64,000 nucleotides of DNA from assembly GCA_963664405.1 (NCBI GenBank), contig OY761158.1:5696001-5760000 (forward strand), written 5' to 3'. The position numbers were made by a program, and so were the translations under genes. Positions 28,504-38,871 of the stretch are shown here, in pieces. Every line of letters begins with the position of its first letter. Positions within the stretch are counted from its first letter, which is position 1. This DNA is from Thermoanaerobaculia bacterium (GTDB taxonomy: Bacteria > Acidobacteriota > Thermoanaerobaculia > Multivoradales > Multivoraceae). The notes beneath the pieces were generated by a model, which saw nothing but the letters and a program-made list of their open reading frames with translations, did not search any database and had not been told where the DNA came from.

Positions 28504-30237
28504 CTATCCACGGCTGAGAATGTCAGGTTTACGGGATGTGCTCTCGCCTGGCTGGGCTACGCTCTGATCCGTTCCTGAGTCGCGAGCCTTCGTTGACGTG
28601 CCCCTCGATCGCTGAATTCGTCCTTCGAGGCGTGGCGCCAGGGGCGAGCTCGAGCGAATGTGATCTTGCACGATGTCGGCCAGCACCTTGCCCTGGTCGT
28701 AGGGGTCGATTGCTCGCTCAGCCAGGATCGTGAACCCGTCTCCTCCGTTGCGAGTGAAATCGTTGGTGACGACTCTATAGAGGCGCTCGGGGTCGAGAGG
28801 ACTGAACCTTTCTGAGTCGAGCTCGACTTCAACCTCTTCGATTCGTTTCCCTACCGCGGCGTCCGGCGACCAGGAGTAGCGCAGCCCGGCGACCTGGAGA
28901 AAGCGACCGGTGCCGTCGTTGTCGAGGTTCTCCGCAACGCTGACGCCGTGCTCGAGGGCGGCAAGAAGGTCCTTGCCGTAGAGCGAGAAAGTGCTGGCGG
29001 TATTGCCGAAAGGGAGCACTTCGAGAATGTGGCCCACGGTGATTGGACCCGCGCTCAGGCTGGAGCGAATTCCTCCGGCGTTCTGCAGGGCGATCTCGAC
29101 CCCCTGATCTCGATGGGCGTCCAAGAGGGCGTCGGCGAGGAGATTACCCAGGTTGCACTCAGCGGCTCTGCAGACTCTCTCGCGACCGACCAGATCCACG
29201 GTCGTCTCGCCGACTGTAACCAGACTGAATCCGTCGAGCTCGGCAAGCATGGGCTCTACCAGGGTCAGGGTTTTTTCGTCCTTCTCGACTGACACGTCGA
29301 GCAGAATCGGCTCTCCTTCCCATGACCTGACCACCCCCTCTGCATCGAAGCGGGTTTCGAGGTGGCCGAGATATTTCCCCCAGGCAAAGTCGGTGACGAT
29401 GAGGACGGGCTCGCCGCGAGGCCCGTCGACCACCACCGGATACGGCCCCTCGGCGCCTTCAGCTATGTTGGAGAGCAGAGTGTTTGTGTGTCCCCCGACG
29501 ATGATGTCGAGGCCTGCCACCGATGCCGCGATCGATCGATCACGGCCGATGCCGGCGTGGCTCAGAAGGATGATCTTGTTGACGCCTTTCGCCTCCAGCT
29601 CCTCGACCCCCTCCGCTAACGATTCCTCGATCGCGAGGAAGTCGACGTCAGGCCCGGGTCGAGAGAGGATCCTGGTCTCCTCGGTCAGACAGCCCAGGAT
29701 GCCGATCTCGTGGCCTCCTATCTCGAGGATCGCCAGCTCTTCGAGCTTGCCGGCGAGGGCGGAGGTGTCGGCGACCTCGATATTGGTCATGACGACCGGG
29801 AAGTTCAGGCCCGCGATAAAGGGAGCGAGCACTTCAGGACCGTCGTCGAACTCGTGATTGCCCGGAACCATGGCGTCGTAACCCAGATGGTTCATCGCCC
29901 TCTGGGCGGCCAGTCCTCTGAAGCGGCTGTAGAAGAGAGTTCCCTGAAACTGATCTCCGGCATCGAGAAGAAGCACATGCGGTCGCTGGGCACGAACCCT
30001 CCGAATCTCAGTGGCTCGCCGGGCGACACCGCCGAAGCAAGCGCCTTCCGCTCGTTCGTCATCGCGGCACGAAGAGCCGTAGCGGTTGAACTCGACGATG
30101 CGAGCGTGGGTGTCGTTGGTATGGAGAAGAGTGAGCTCGAACGGCTCTCCAGGGTCGCCCGACTTGCAGGAGGCGCCCACGAGCAGCGCGATGGCTACGA
30201 GACCCCCGAGCAGGAGCCGGATCGCATCGTCCTTCAC
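28504..30237 (-). CDS. 5'-nucleotidase / bifunctional metallophosphatase (lipoprotein)
   Basis: Lipobox LVGASC; motifs HTNDTH, LDAGDQFQGT, GNHEFD, GGHTN, NAGGIR, LPFGN and GGDGF. Confidence 0.92.
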   Translation of the reverse strand: MKDDAIRLLLGGLVAIALLVGASCKSGDPGEPFELTLLHTNDTHARIVEFNRYGSSCRDDERAEGACFGGVARRATEIRRVRAQRPHVLLLDAGDQFQGTLFYSRFRGLAAQRAMNHLGYDAMVPGNHEFDDGPEVLAPFIAGLNFPVVMTNIEVADTSALAGKLEELAILEIGGHEIGILGCLTEETRILSRPGPDVDFLAIEESLAEGVEELEAKGVNKIILLSHAGIGRDRSIAASVAGLDIIVGGHTNTLLSNIAEGAEGPYPVVVDGPRGEPVLIVTDFAWGKYLGHLETRFDAEGVVRSWEGEPILLDVSVEKDEKTLTLVEPMLAELDGFSLVTVGETTVDLVGRERVCRAAECNLGNLLADALLDAHRDQGVEIALQNAGGIRSSLSAGPITVGHILEVLPFGNTASTFSLYGKDLLAALEHGVSVAENLDNDGTGRFLQVAGLRYSWSPDAAVGKRIEEVEVELDSERFSPLDPERLYRVVTNDFTRNGGDGFTILAERAIDPYDQGKVLADIVQDHIRSSSPLAPRLEGRIQRSRGTSTKARDSGTDQSVAQPGESTSRKPDILSRG

Positions 30238-30319
30238 TGTGGGGAGTCTATCGCCGCGCCTTGTTCATCGCGGTCTGCTTGCCGGGTTTCACACCGGACA
30301 CCGTCCATCGAGACAGAGA

Positions 30320-30532
30320 CTAGACCAGCGTTTCCGAAGTTCGAGTCGCATAGCTCGAGGTCATTCTGTTCGCTGGCTAGGAGCCTGCGAAGCAGGCGAG
30401 TAGTTCTCAGGCGGGGATGGGGGCGAGGCGCGCCGACGCAGGCATATTGGGAATCTGTCGAGGAGGTGCAACGCTGCCAGCGGGCAGAAGGGGCCGAGAT
30501 AGGTGGCGCGAACTTTGGAAACGCTGGTCTAG
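30320..30532. mobile_element. MITE-like element, type A with nested module D (second D hairpin deleted)
   Basis: TIRs ACCAGCGTTTCCGAAGTTCG and CGAACTTTGGAAACGCTGGT with CTAG on both sides; D insert at 30377-30427. Confidence 0.85.
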
Positions 30533-30537
30533 ATGGC

Positions 30538-32010
30538 CTAGCTGTCGATCCCCTCTCGAAGCTCCATGACCTCGTCGTAGAGCTTGGAGCGCCGTTGGCG
30601 CATCCGCTTGATGGCATCGAGATGCAGGCTCCCCGCGAACAGGCCTCGCAGGGTTCGAGCCAGCTCTCCGGCGAGGTGGTGATAGCGCAGGGCCAACCCG
30701 CCGCTCAGTGCGCAGAGGGCGAAGGTGAGAGCGGCTCGAGTGCTTGGGGCTTCTGGCATCCAGGATCTCGCCGGCCATAGAGAGGGTACATACCACCCAA
30801 CGACGACACTGACGGCCAGCCAGGTCAGTGGAAAGGCAAGCGTTCCGACCATGATCTTGAGGCCGGCTTGCTCCTTGCGAGTCTTCGACATGTTCTTGGC
30901 GATGTACTTGGAGAGAAGTGCGATCGGTACGTTGACGGCGTAGCCGAATAGCACCAGCGGAGGTAGTAGAACGAAGACCGCTACCGCTTCGAGCAGGAGC
31001 AACAGCGCCTGACCGCGGGCGCGACGGCGGGAGTGCGGATCGAGGTCCTTCTCCTCGATCCCGAGAATACGCATGATCTCCGCATAGTGGCGTACTCGCT
31101 TCATGAGCCTGGTTGTCTCTTCAGGATGGCTCTCTCGTCTCGAGGCATAGCCTTGCCATACACGCGCGAAGCCCATCTCTCGCTCCGCCATACCCGACGG
31201 GTCGAGGGCCGCGCCTGTCCGCGCCGCTCTCTCGGCTCGCACGAGCTCGCGAATTTGGTGCATCGCATCATGGAGCTCCCAGCTCTCCGTGGCATGCACG
31301 ACATCGTTCAAGGTGTGCTCGATGAGTGCGGTCAAAGTGGCAACGCGCTCGGTCTCCTGAGCTTCCTTGCCTTGCTCACCGGTGGCTGCGAGCTCAGCAG
31401 GAAGTTCGATGGGCGGATGGAACGCAACCAAGGCGCGAGACCGAAAGGCGTGCTTCTTGTCGTAGTGCAGCCCGACCGGAAGAATGATGGGCGCGGCGTT
31501 ACCGGCGCTCTCGTCGTTGTCGGCGCTCTCGGCTGCTAAGAAAAAGAGTCGTGCGGCTCCATAGCGAAGCTGCAGGGGCGTGGGCTCGTCGTGGGTCACG
31601 CCCTCGGGAAAGATGGCGACAAAGGAGTGTCGTGCGGCGGCCCCCATGCCGGCGAGGCTTTGCCGATTAGCCTCGCGTCGCTCCTGGTCGCTGGTGTGTG
31701 CACCGTTGTCCTGCGATCGATGAAGGGGCACGGTGCCCAGGGCGCGGAGAACGTGCCTGAGAACGGGGATGTCGAAGAGCCCATGCCGAACACCAAAGAC
31801 GACTTGGCGCGGGCAACTGGTGAGGATGAGCAGCCCGTCGACGAGACCATTGGGATGCCAGGCCACCAAGATGCCGCCACCGCGCACGGGGACATTTTCG
31901 AGGCCAAGTACCTCCACCTTGCGAAAGAAGATGGCGGCGAGTCCGGAAAGAGATCGGACCAGCAGTCGGGAGCCTAGAGTCGGCGCTGGCTTGGCGCGAC
32001 CAGCTCGAAC
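30538..32010 (-). CDS. Lysophospholipid/glycerol-3-phosphate acyltransferase family membrane protein (start codon uncertain)
   Basis: FFRKVEVLGLENVP...WHPNGLVD, IFPEGVTH, PVGLHY and C-terminal TM helices. The frame stays open upstream of the GTG at 31917, and GGAGG lies 6 nt before an in-frame GTT at 32010. Confidence 0.8.
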   Translation of the reverse strand, partial: VRAGRAKPAPTLGSRLLVRSLSGLAAIFFRKVEVLGLENVPVRGGGILVAWHPNGLVDGLLILTSCPRQVVFGVRHGLFDIPVLRHVLRALGTVPLHRSQDNGAHTSDQERREANRQSLAGMGAAARHSFVAIFPEGVTHDEPTPLQLRYGAARLFFLAAESADNDESAGNAAPIILPVGLHYDKKHAFRSRALVAFHPPIELPAELAATGEQGKEAQETERVATLTALIEHTLNDVVHATESWELHDAMHQIRELVRAERAARTGAALDPSGMAEREMGFARVWQGYASRRESHPEETTRLMKRVRHYAEIMRILGIEEKDLDPHSRRRARGQALLLLLEAVAVFVLLPPLVLFGYAVNVPIALLSKYIAKNMSKTRKEQAGLKIMVGTLAFPLTWLAVSVVVGWYVPSLWPARSWMPEAPSTRAALTFALCALSGGLALRYHHLAGELARTLRGLFAGSLHLDAIKRMRQRRSKLYDEVMELREGIDS

Positions 32011-32040
32011 TTCAGGCCTCCAGGTCTCGACCCCGACCGC

Positions 32041-32346
32041 TTACCAGCTTGCCTTGATCACGCCTGGAAGCTCGCCGCGTAGGGCGAGTTCGCGCAGGGC
32101 GATGCGAGACAAGCCGAACTTGCGGTAGTAGCCACGCGGCCGCCCGGTGACGATGCAGCGGTTGCGCACGCGCGTCGGACTCGCGTCTCTAGGCAGCTTC
32201 GACAGCTCCATCGATGCTTGCTGACGATCCGCCTGAGAGAGGCTCAAGTCCTTGGTATAGCCTTTGAGCTCTGCCCGGCGGGCTCGATAACGCTCGACGA
32301 CCTTCTTGCGCTTGTTGTTGGCAGCAATCTTTGCTTTCGTAGCCAT
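32041..32346 (-). CDS. rpsN: 30S ribosomal protein S14, long 101-aa Zn-independent form
   Basis: [36 protein letters not shown]...PGVIKASW; only one Cys, no CxxC pairs. Confidence 0.97.
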   Translation of the reverse strand: MATKAKIAANNKRKKVVERYRARRAELKGYTKDLSLSQADRQQASMELSKLPRDASPTRVRNRCIVTGRPRGYYRKFGLSRIALRELALRGELPGVIKASW

Positions 32347-32349
32347 CGA

Positions 32350-32607
32350 TCAGGCTCCTTCGGCCTTTGCGCCGCCATACCTGCGCTGGAACTTCTCGAT
32401 GCGGCCGGCGGTGTCGACGAAGTGCTGCTTTCCGGTGAAGAAGGGGTGGGAGGCGGATGAGATCTCGAGGCGGATCACATAGTGATCGACTCCGTCGATT
32501 TCTCTCGTCTCTTCGCTCTTCATCGTCGAGCGGGACACGAACTCGAACTCGGCGCCGGCGTCGAGAAAGACGACGGGGTGGTAATCAGGGTGAATATCAG
32601 CTTTCAT
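32350..32607 (-). CDS. rpmE2: 50S ribosomal protein L31 type B (Zn-independent)
   Basis: MKADIHPDYHPVVFLD...EISSASHPFFTGKQ..DTAGRIEKFQRRY; no Cys. Confidence 0.95.
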   Translation of the reverse strand: MKADIHPDYHPVVFLDAGAEFEFVSRSTMKSEETREIDGVDHYVIRLEISSASHPFFTGKQHFVDTAGRIEKFQRRYGGAKAEGA

Positions 32608-32651
32608 AGTGGCTCTCCGGCGGGCAAAAGTCACCCGCGCACGGGAAGCGG

Positions 32652-32680
32652 ATAATAGCGGTTTTGGGTCGTGTGAGCAA
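32652..32680 (-). promoter_or_regulatory. Sigma70-type promoter of rpmE2-rpsN
   Basis: Minus strand TTGCTC-N17-TATTAT, about 45 bp upstream of the rpmE2 ATG. Confidence 0.6.
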
Positions 32681-32699
32681 GATCCGGCGGCGCTGGCGC

Positions 32700-33746
32700 T
32701 CAGTACTCCAGATCGATCTCATGCGCGGTTTCCAGAAGACGCGCAAGTAGATCGATTGTCGCTTCGAGATCGGGGGCGTAGATGGTCTCGACGACACTGT
32801 GGAGATAGCGGGTGGGGATCGACAGCGTGATCGAGGGGACCGCCTCGGCGGCGCGTTGAATGCCGCCCGCGTCGGTTCCGCCACGCGGGAGGACTTCCAT
32901 CTGGTGGGGGATGTCGTGCGCCTCCGCCAGCCGTCGACAGTGCTCGACCAGCTTGGGTGAAGCGATGAAGGAGGAGTCGAGGATCTTGATGCCGACTCCA
33001 TGCCGGAGCTGCGTTACGTACTGGGGTGGCTTCGACCCAGGGACATCGCAGGCGAGCGTGACGTCGATGGCGACGCCGATATCCGGTCGGATGCGATGAG
33101 CCGCGGTGGAGGCGCCTCGCATCCCGACCTCTTCCTGACTCGTTGCAACAGCATAGATCTCGGCTTGTGGATTCTTGGCGCGACGAAGCGCCTCGACCAG
33201 GGTGTAGATCGAGACGCGGTTGTCGAGAGCCTTTCCGGTGTAGTAGTCGCCGATCTGAATTAGGTCCTGGACCAGAGTTGCGGGATCGCCGATCTCGACC
33301 ACCTCTTTCGCCTTTGCCGGTGTAAGACCGATGTCGACGAAGAGATCGTCGAGCTCTGGGAGCTTCTTGCGCTCCTCGTCGGTCATGACGTGTACCGGCT
33401 TGGTGCCGATCACTCCGATCAGCTCATTGCCTTGCCGATTGCGAATCCGCACCCGCTTGGCGATCAGAGTCTTTGCGTCGAAGCCGCCCAGCGGCTGTAG
33501 CCTCAGAAACCCGTCGTCGTCGATGTGCTTGACGACGAAGCCGATCTCATCGAGGTGACCCGCCACCATGACCTTGCGCGGAGAGTCGCCGACTCCGTTC
33601 TTGATCGCAATCACACTGCCGAGGCCGTCGGTCTCGACCCTGTCGACCAAGGGAGCGACCTCGCGACGGTAGATGTCGCGAATACGGTCCTCGAAGCCTG
33701 GGGCTCCTGACGCTTCGCACAGTTCTTTGAGTAGCTTCAAGCGCAT
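32700..33746 (-). CDS. M42 family (TET) aminopeptidase
   Basis: Motifs PGFE, AGHLDEIG, GKALDNR, QEEVGMRGA, IDVT, GGTDAG and PTRYLHS. Confidence 0.93.
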   Translation of the reverse strand: MRLKLLKELCEASGAPGFEDRIRDIYRREVAPLVDRVETDGLGSVIAIKNGVGDSPRKVMVAGHLDEIGFVVKHIDDDGFLRLQPLGGFDAKTLIAKRVRIRNRQGNELIGVIGTKPVHVMTDEERKKLPELDDLFVDIGLTPAKAKEVVEIGDPATLVQDLIQIGDYYTGKALDNRVSIYTLVEALRRAKNPQAEIYAVATSQEEVGMRGASTAAHRIRPDIGVAIDVTLACDVPGSKPPQYVTQLRHGVGIKILDSSFIASPKLVEHCRRLAEAHDIPHQMEVLPRGGTDAGGIQRAAEAVPSITLSIPTRYLHSVVETIYAPDLEATIDLLARLLETAHEIDLEY

Positions 33747-33855
33747 TCCTCCTTGCCGAGCGGAAAGCTATCACCGGCGAGCCCTTTTTCGCCGTAGGGC
33801 GACCGATCCCGGCTGCCCTTAGCTATCATCAAGTGAGAGCCGGGGCGGACCGCCG

Positions 33856-33959
33856 CTAGTGTCCTGTATCAGTAGTTCGTCACACAACTCGCTGGCCCTT
33901 TTGCGCGCTGCCGTCGTTGCTCCTCCTAGTAATATTGCCCAATATGCCTTCGTCGTAGC
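33856..33959. mobile_element. Truncated type B MITE-like element
   Basis: CTAG TGTCCTGTATCAGTAGTTCGTCACACAACTCGCTGGCCCTTTTGCGCGCTGCCGTCGTTGCTC...ATATTGCCCAATATGCCTTCGTCGTAGC matches the reverse complement of 27229-27388; the second TIR is missing. Confidence 0.85.
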
Positions 33960-36487
33960 CCTCCGGAGCATCAGAGAATTGGAGGGTCTGAAGGTCGCGC
34001 TGTCCCTGGATCGTTTCCACCTTTGCTCCGCGGTAGAGCTCGGCGGTGGCGAGAGAAGCCTCTTCTTCAGGTGTCGGCCATCCTCCGTCGATCAACGCCG
34101 CCGAGGGTAGGCTCCGCACTTCGTCGATGGCTCTCGTGATGGTCGTTATCTCGGAGCTCGAGACTTGCTTCGGGCTCGCGAACTCTAGGTAGAGGTTGTC
34201 GTCCGTATTGAGGAACGACCCTTCGGTGAAGGCTTCCATCGCCCGGTCGTCGAGCGCGAGCTCGGCTAGGAAGGAACCGGCGTCCGCGAGCCCGATCTAC
34301 GCGAGCTGCCGGTCCACCCCGGGCTGGCGAGCCGTTGGCCGAGCTCCTCGAAGTCGAAGCTGATGGGGTTGTTGCTGCCGACCAGGATGGCGTCGTTCGC
34401 GGTCTGCCAGAGCGTCGTGTACTCGAACGCTCTGTCAAAGGAGGCCGCCGCCGCTCGCACGTTCTCCAAAGAGAGCTCGTAGAGGGGCAACCACTGACAC
34501 ATGATGCCTCCTGGAGTGAGCCGCTGAGCTGCGAGATCGTAGTACTCGAGGGTGTAGAGATAGGCCGCGCCCCGCACCCAGGGGTGGATCGGGTCGGCAG
34601 TGATGACGTCGTAGCGCTCTCGGGTGGTGAGAAGATGATTCCGCCCGTCTTGAAATGTGATCTCGAGGCGAGGGTCGTCCAGAGCCGCGGCGTTCACGTG
34701 AGAGAACAGACGGGCTGCCGCGACTACCTCGGGCTCGATCTCGATCACTGTGACCGCTTCGAGCTCTGGATGGGCAAGAACAGCGCCGAGGGTGATGCCC
34801 GCGCCCAGGCCAACGACTGCAACAGAACGGGGCCTCGGCCGAGCGAGCACAGGGATGTGCCCGAGCAGAAGCTCGTGCTGCATGTCACTAAGACCGTCGG
34901 TAGCGACCGTTTTGCCGTCGATCACGAGAGCTCGCGTACGGCGACCCTCGACGACGGCCACGTTGGCGCTCTTTCCTTCCTCGTAGTGGAGCACCGTACT
35001 TTCGCGTGCAAGCGCTTCTAGGTTACCGGCTGCCGGATCCTGGAGGTAGACGTGCATCATGTTGTTGCGGAATGCTGCCAGCACTCGAAGGTCCCAGCCG
35101 GCAGTCGTAGTGCTCCGAGAAAGGCTGCCAGAACGATGGCGGTGGTAGCCAAGGTCAGAATCCAGGGGTGCACTGTCTTGCGGGCCCTGAAGTGGGCTGC
35201 CGATACGAGTACACCATAGGAACAGAAGAGGGCAGCGATGAGCAGCATTCCGCGCTGCATTCCGACCGTTGGAATCAGGACGAAACCGGCTCCGAGCGCC
35301 CCGACTATGGCGCCGCTCGTATTGAGGGCGATGAGCTCACCGATCGAGCTGCCGACGCGATCGCGAAGTCGAGATCCCGCTTCCCCGGCCATGGGGAAGG
35401 CAAGACCCATGAAGATGCAGGGGGCTAGCATGATGGCGAAGCTCAGGAGCAGAGTGCCCCCTGCCTTGATGCCGTTCGGCTCGGTGTAGAGAGCGCGCGT
35501 CAGGCTCAGAGACCAGCTGGGAAGGTGGGGCAGAAGTTGGGAAACGATTGCGCTCGCGACGCCGAGGAGAATCATCACCGAGCCGAATTGGAGAGCCGGA
35601 CTCAATCGCTGCAGGGGAAAAGCGGCGTGAATTGTGCTGCCGATTGCAATACCAACGAGGAACGCTGCCAGCATCACCGAGAAACTGTAGGCGCTGTTGC
35701 CTACCGCGATGGTGATGCCGCGCATCCAGAGCACTTCCAGCGCCAGCGCACCCATGCCGGCGATTGCGGTGCCGTAGAAGGCCAGGCGCAGAGCCGCGGC
35801 TTCGGAGGGTGCTCGAGCGAGACTCTGATGCTCGCCGGCGTCGTGGGGCGCTGCCTTCCCGGCCACTCGAGCCCACTGACGGCTCAGGACCAGAGCGCCG
35901 ATGCCGATGGCGAGATTGACCGCTGCCGCCAAGCCGGCAGTGGCTCTCATGCCAAAGCTCGGAAGCAGGATGAAGCCCGCGCTCAAGGTTCCGAGAACCG
36001 CGCCACCGGTGTTGACGGCGTACAGAACCGCAAGCCGGTTGGCCACCTCGCTTCGCCGGGCAACCAGGAGCTGAACCAGCACCGGTAGAGTGCCTCCCAT
36101 CAGGAAGGTGGGAACTACGAGGACCGCACTCGCGAGGAAGACCCGCAAGACCTGGAGCTGCCACGGCGTACCGTCGGCGGCCAGTGCGGCGGCTACGTAG
36201 ACACGATTCACGACGGCGATGGCGCCAGGTACCAGAAGAGCCGAGATCGCGATCAGTACTTCCAGTACACCATAGAGGCGAAGGGGGCTCCGCACCCTCT
36301 CGACAACTCGCCCTAAAGCCATACCACCGAGGGCCAGCCCGCCCATGAAGGCGCCGAGAACCACGCTGACCGCCTCGTGCGTGGCTCCGAAAACGAGAGT
36401 CAGGCTGCGTGCCCAGACCGTTTCGTACACCAGCGCCGTTGCGCCGGAGAGGAGGAAGAGGCTGTAGATGAAGAGGCGCGCTTTCAT
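33880..36487 (-). pseudogene. Fused membrane domain/spermidine synthase-like (SpeE-like) gene, disrupted
   Basis: N-terminal LSGATALVYETVWAR...PTFLMGGTLP membrane domain and VVGLGAGIT...IEIEP...DGR...YDVITADP...NTDDN SAM domain. Frameshifts near 35097 and 34322, an in-frame TAG at 34297-34299, and a 3' end running into the type B repeat. Confidence 0.85.
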
Positions 36488-36707
36488 CCCAGAAGCTTCA
36501 ACGCCGATACTCCCGTCAGCTCCCTCGTGCAGTGGCAAGGTTGGTTCTATGAGGTGACTGGCCCTGATTTCACGACGCCGAGTCTATCCAACCCGAGGCG
36601 AGAGCGCATGGCTCCGAAGAAGGGTAGGAGCTATGTCTCTGCCAGCCCTGGGACTGCGAGTGACGCTCCAATAGAATAGGCGTCCAATCTAGTGGTGGAG
36701 GAGTCAG

Positions 36708-38261
36708 ATGCAGAACAATATCGGGCTGTTTCTCAGCAAGCGAGCGGAGATCTCGCCGCAGGTGGACGGCTTCGTCGACGTAGACACCCGGCGCAGCTTC
36801 ACCTTTGCCCAGTGGAACCAACGCTGCAACCAGATGGCACATGCGTTTACCGGCCTCGGGGTCGGCAAGGGTGACCGGGTCGCGCTCTTGCAGATGAACA
36901 GCGTCGAGTATATGGAGAGCTTCTTTGCGCTCGCCAAGCTGGGTGCGATCTGTGTGCCGCTCAACTGGCGCCTCGTCCCCGAGGAGCTTTCCTACATTCT
37001 GCGCGATGCCGGGGCGAAGGTGCTGATCTGGGGCACCGAGTTTCTGGGATCGGTGGAGGCTCTCCAGGCCCGCGGCGGAGGAGAGGAAGGGACGGCGGTG
37101 GAGACCTGGATTCACGTCGGACCCGCCTCGGAGAATCCCGACTGGGCCCTCTCCTACGAGGCCCTCCAGTCGGCCGAGTCGACGGAAGAGCCCGAGATCG
37201 GAGGCGGCGAAGACGACGTTCTCTACATCATGTACACCTCCGGTACGACCGGCCTGCCGAAGGGAGCCGTCCATACTCACAACACTGCCACCTGGGGCGT
37301 GCTGACCATCAACGCGACGGCGGATATCCGCGCCGGCGACCGCTTCCTGGTCGCCCTTCCGCTGTTTCATGTGGGCTCTCTCACCCCGATCACTTGCAAC
37401 GTGCATCGTGGCGCCACCAGCGTGGTGATGCGCGCCTTCGACCCCGCCCGAGCCTGGGAGCTCGTGGCAGAAGAGAAGATCGATGTGATGCTCAAAGTGC
37501 CGGCGATGCTCAACTTCATGCTGCAGGTCTACGATCCCGAGAAGCATAAGCACGAGCGGCTGCGCTGGTGTCTGAGCGGGGCGGCGCCGGTTCCGGTCTC
37601 GCTGATAGAGGCCTACGATCAGATGGGGATCGAGATCCAGCAGGTATACGGTCTCACCGAGACTTGTGGTCCAGCGTGCATGATCACTTCCGCCGATGCG
37701 ATCACTAAGGCGGGATCGACCGGCAAGGCCTTCTTTCACACTGACGTCAAGGTCGTCGACGAGGCTGGCGAGCCGATCGCGGCGGGGGAGTCCGGCGAGG
37801 TTCTGGTCCGCGGCAAGCACATCATGAAGGAGTACTGGAACCGGCCAGGAGCCACCGCCGAGGCCCTTCGCGACGACTGGTTGCACACCGGTGACGTGGC
37901 GACGATCGACGAGGACGGCTTCGTCTACATACAAGATCGCATCAAGGACATGATCATCTCCGGCGGCGAGAACGTCTACCCGGCGGAGATCGAGAGCGTG
38001 CTGATGCGCCACGAGCAGATCGTCGAGGCGGGAGTCATCGGCGCGGCGAGTGAGAAGTGGGGAGAGTCGGCCGTTGCCATCGTGGTGAGAAGAGACGAGA
38101 CTCTCGGCGGCGAAGAAGTGCTTGACTTCTGTAAAGACAAGCTGGCTCGCTTCAAGCAGCCGGTGGTCGTCCATTTCGTCGACGAGATCCCGCGCAACCC
38201 TTCAGGCAAGATTCTCAAGCGCATTCTGCGCGACCAGTTCCCGGAGCCTGCCCCTCAGTGA
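36708..38261 (+). CDS. Long-chain fatty acid--CoA ligase (ANL superfamily)
   Basis: Motifs [40 protein letters not shown] and [10 protein letters not shown]; GGAGG ribosome-binding site. Confidence 0.92.
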   Translation: MQNNIGLFLSKRAEISPQVDGFVDVDTRRSFTFAQWNQRCNQMAHAFTGLGVGKGDRVALLQMNSVEYMESFFALAKLGAICVPLNWRLVPEELSYILRDAGAKVLIWGTEFLGSVEALQARGGGEEGTAVETWIHVGPASENPDWALSYEALQSAESTEEPEIGGGEDDVLYIMYTSGTTGLPKGAVHTHNTATWGVLTINATADIRAGDRFLVALPLFHVGSLTPITCNVHRGATSVVMRAFDPARAWELVAEEKIDVMLKVPAMLNFMLQVYDPEKHKHERLRWCLSGAAPVPVSLIEAYDQMGIEIQQVYGLTETCGPACMITSADAITKAGSTGKAFFHTDVKVVDEAGEPIAAGESGEVLVRGKHIMKEYWNRPGATAEALRDDWLHTGDVATIDEDGFVYIQDRIKDMIISGGENVYPAEIESVLMRHEQIVEAGVIGAASEKWGESAVAIVVRRDETLGGEEVLDFCKDKLARFKQPVVVHFVDEIPRNPSGKILKRILRDQFPEPAPQ

Positions 38262-38869
38262 CGGAGATCCCAAACTACGAGAAGCTCGGAGCCTTCTACC
38301 TCGGTCGGCGCTACGACCTGGAGTCGGCGAGCACGACGGTGGAGCCTTACCTCTACGACTCGAAGGATCTGACCACTCACGGAGTCTGCGTCGGGATGAC
38401 CGGCAGTGGCAAGACGGGGCTCTGTATCTCGCTTCTGGAAGAGGCGGCGCTGGATGGCGTGCCGGCCATCGCTGTCGATCCCAAGGGCGATCTCGGGAAT
38501 CGCCTCGACACCGTGATGTCCATCGGCGCCACCGTCGTAGGCGCCCTCTTCGGTCGCAAGTTGGCGAGTGTTTCCAACGTCACGCGCACGCGGTCAGCGT
38601 TGCGAGGGGTAGGCCGGCAATCTCGGGAGAAGGATCAGATCGCCCGGGCCGAGCGCGAGCTGGAAGCACAGCGAGACAGGCTCGAAGAGATGGAGGCAGA
38701 GCTCGCGGACAAGATCGGCGACGTTGGGCGCGCCTTCGAAGCCGACAGCCTCGAGCTGGAAGAGGTCGATCTGGCGCCTCGCAAGAGTGATATCGGTGTC
38801 GTCGTCTTCGGCCTGGCCTGGACGCCGTGGCGGGTCGATAAGGCCGGAATCGCGGAGCGCCTGTTCTGA
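38258..38869 (+). pseudogene. HerA/FtsK-like (DUF87) ATPase with a large in-frame internal deletion
   Basis: Walker A GMTGSGKT and DPKGDLGN are followed directly (junction about 38500/38501) by a C-terminal LFGRK/coiled-coil/LAWTPW segment. No Walker B in 203 aa. Confidence 0.7.
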
Positions 38870-38871
38870 CT

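Noticed and set aside
34297-34299. In-frame TAG as pyrrolysine or programmed read-through
   Set aside because: The same gene has two frameshifts and a truncated 3' end, and no pyl genes are in the window. Nonsense decay is the simpler explanation.
36570-38174. 534-aa minus-strand ORF, and similar long antisense ORFs at 13715-14893, 10625-11641, 29710-30780 and 60989-62092
   Set aside because: They lie opposite well-supported genes and have no recognisable motifs. They are shadow ORFs expected from GC-rich codon usage.
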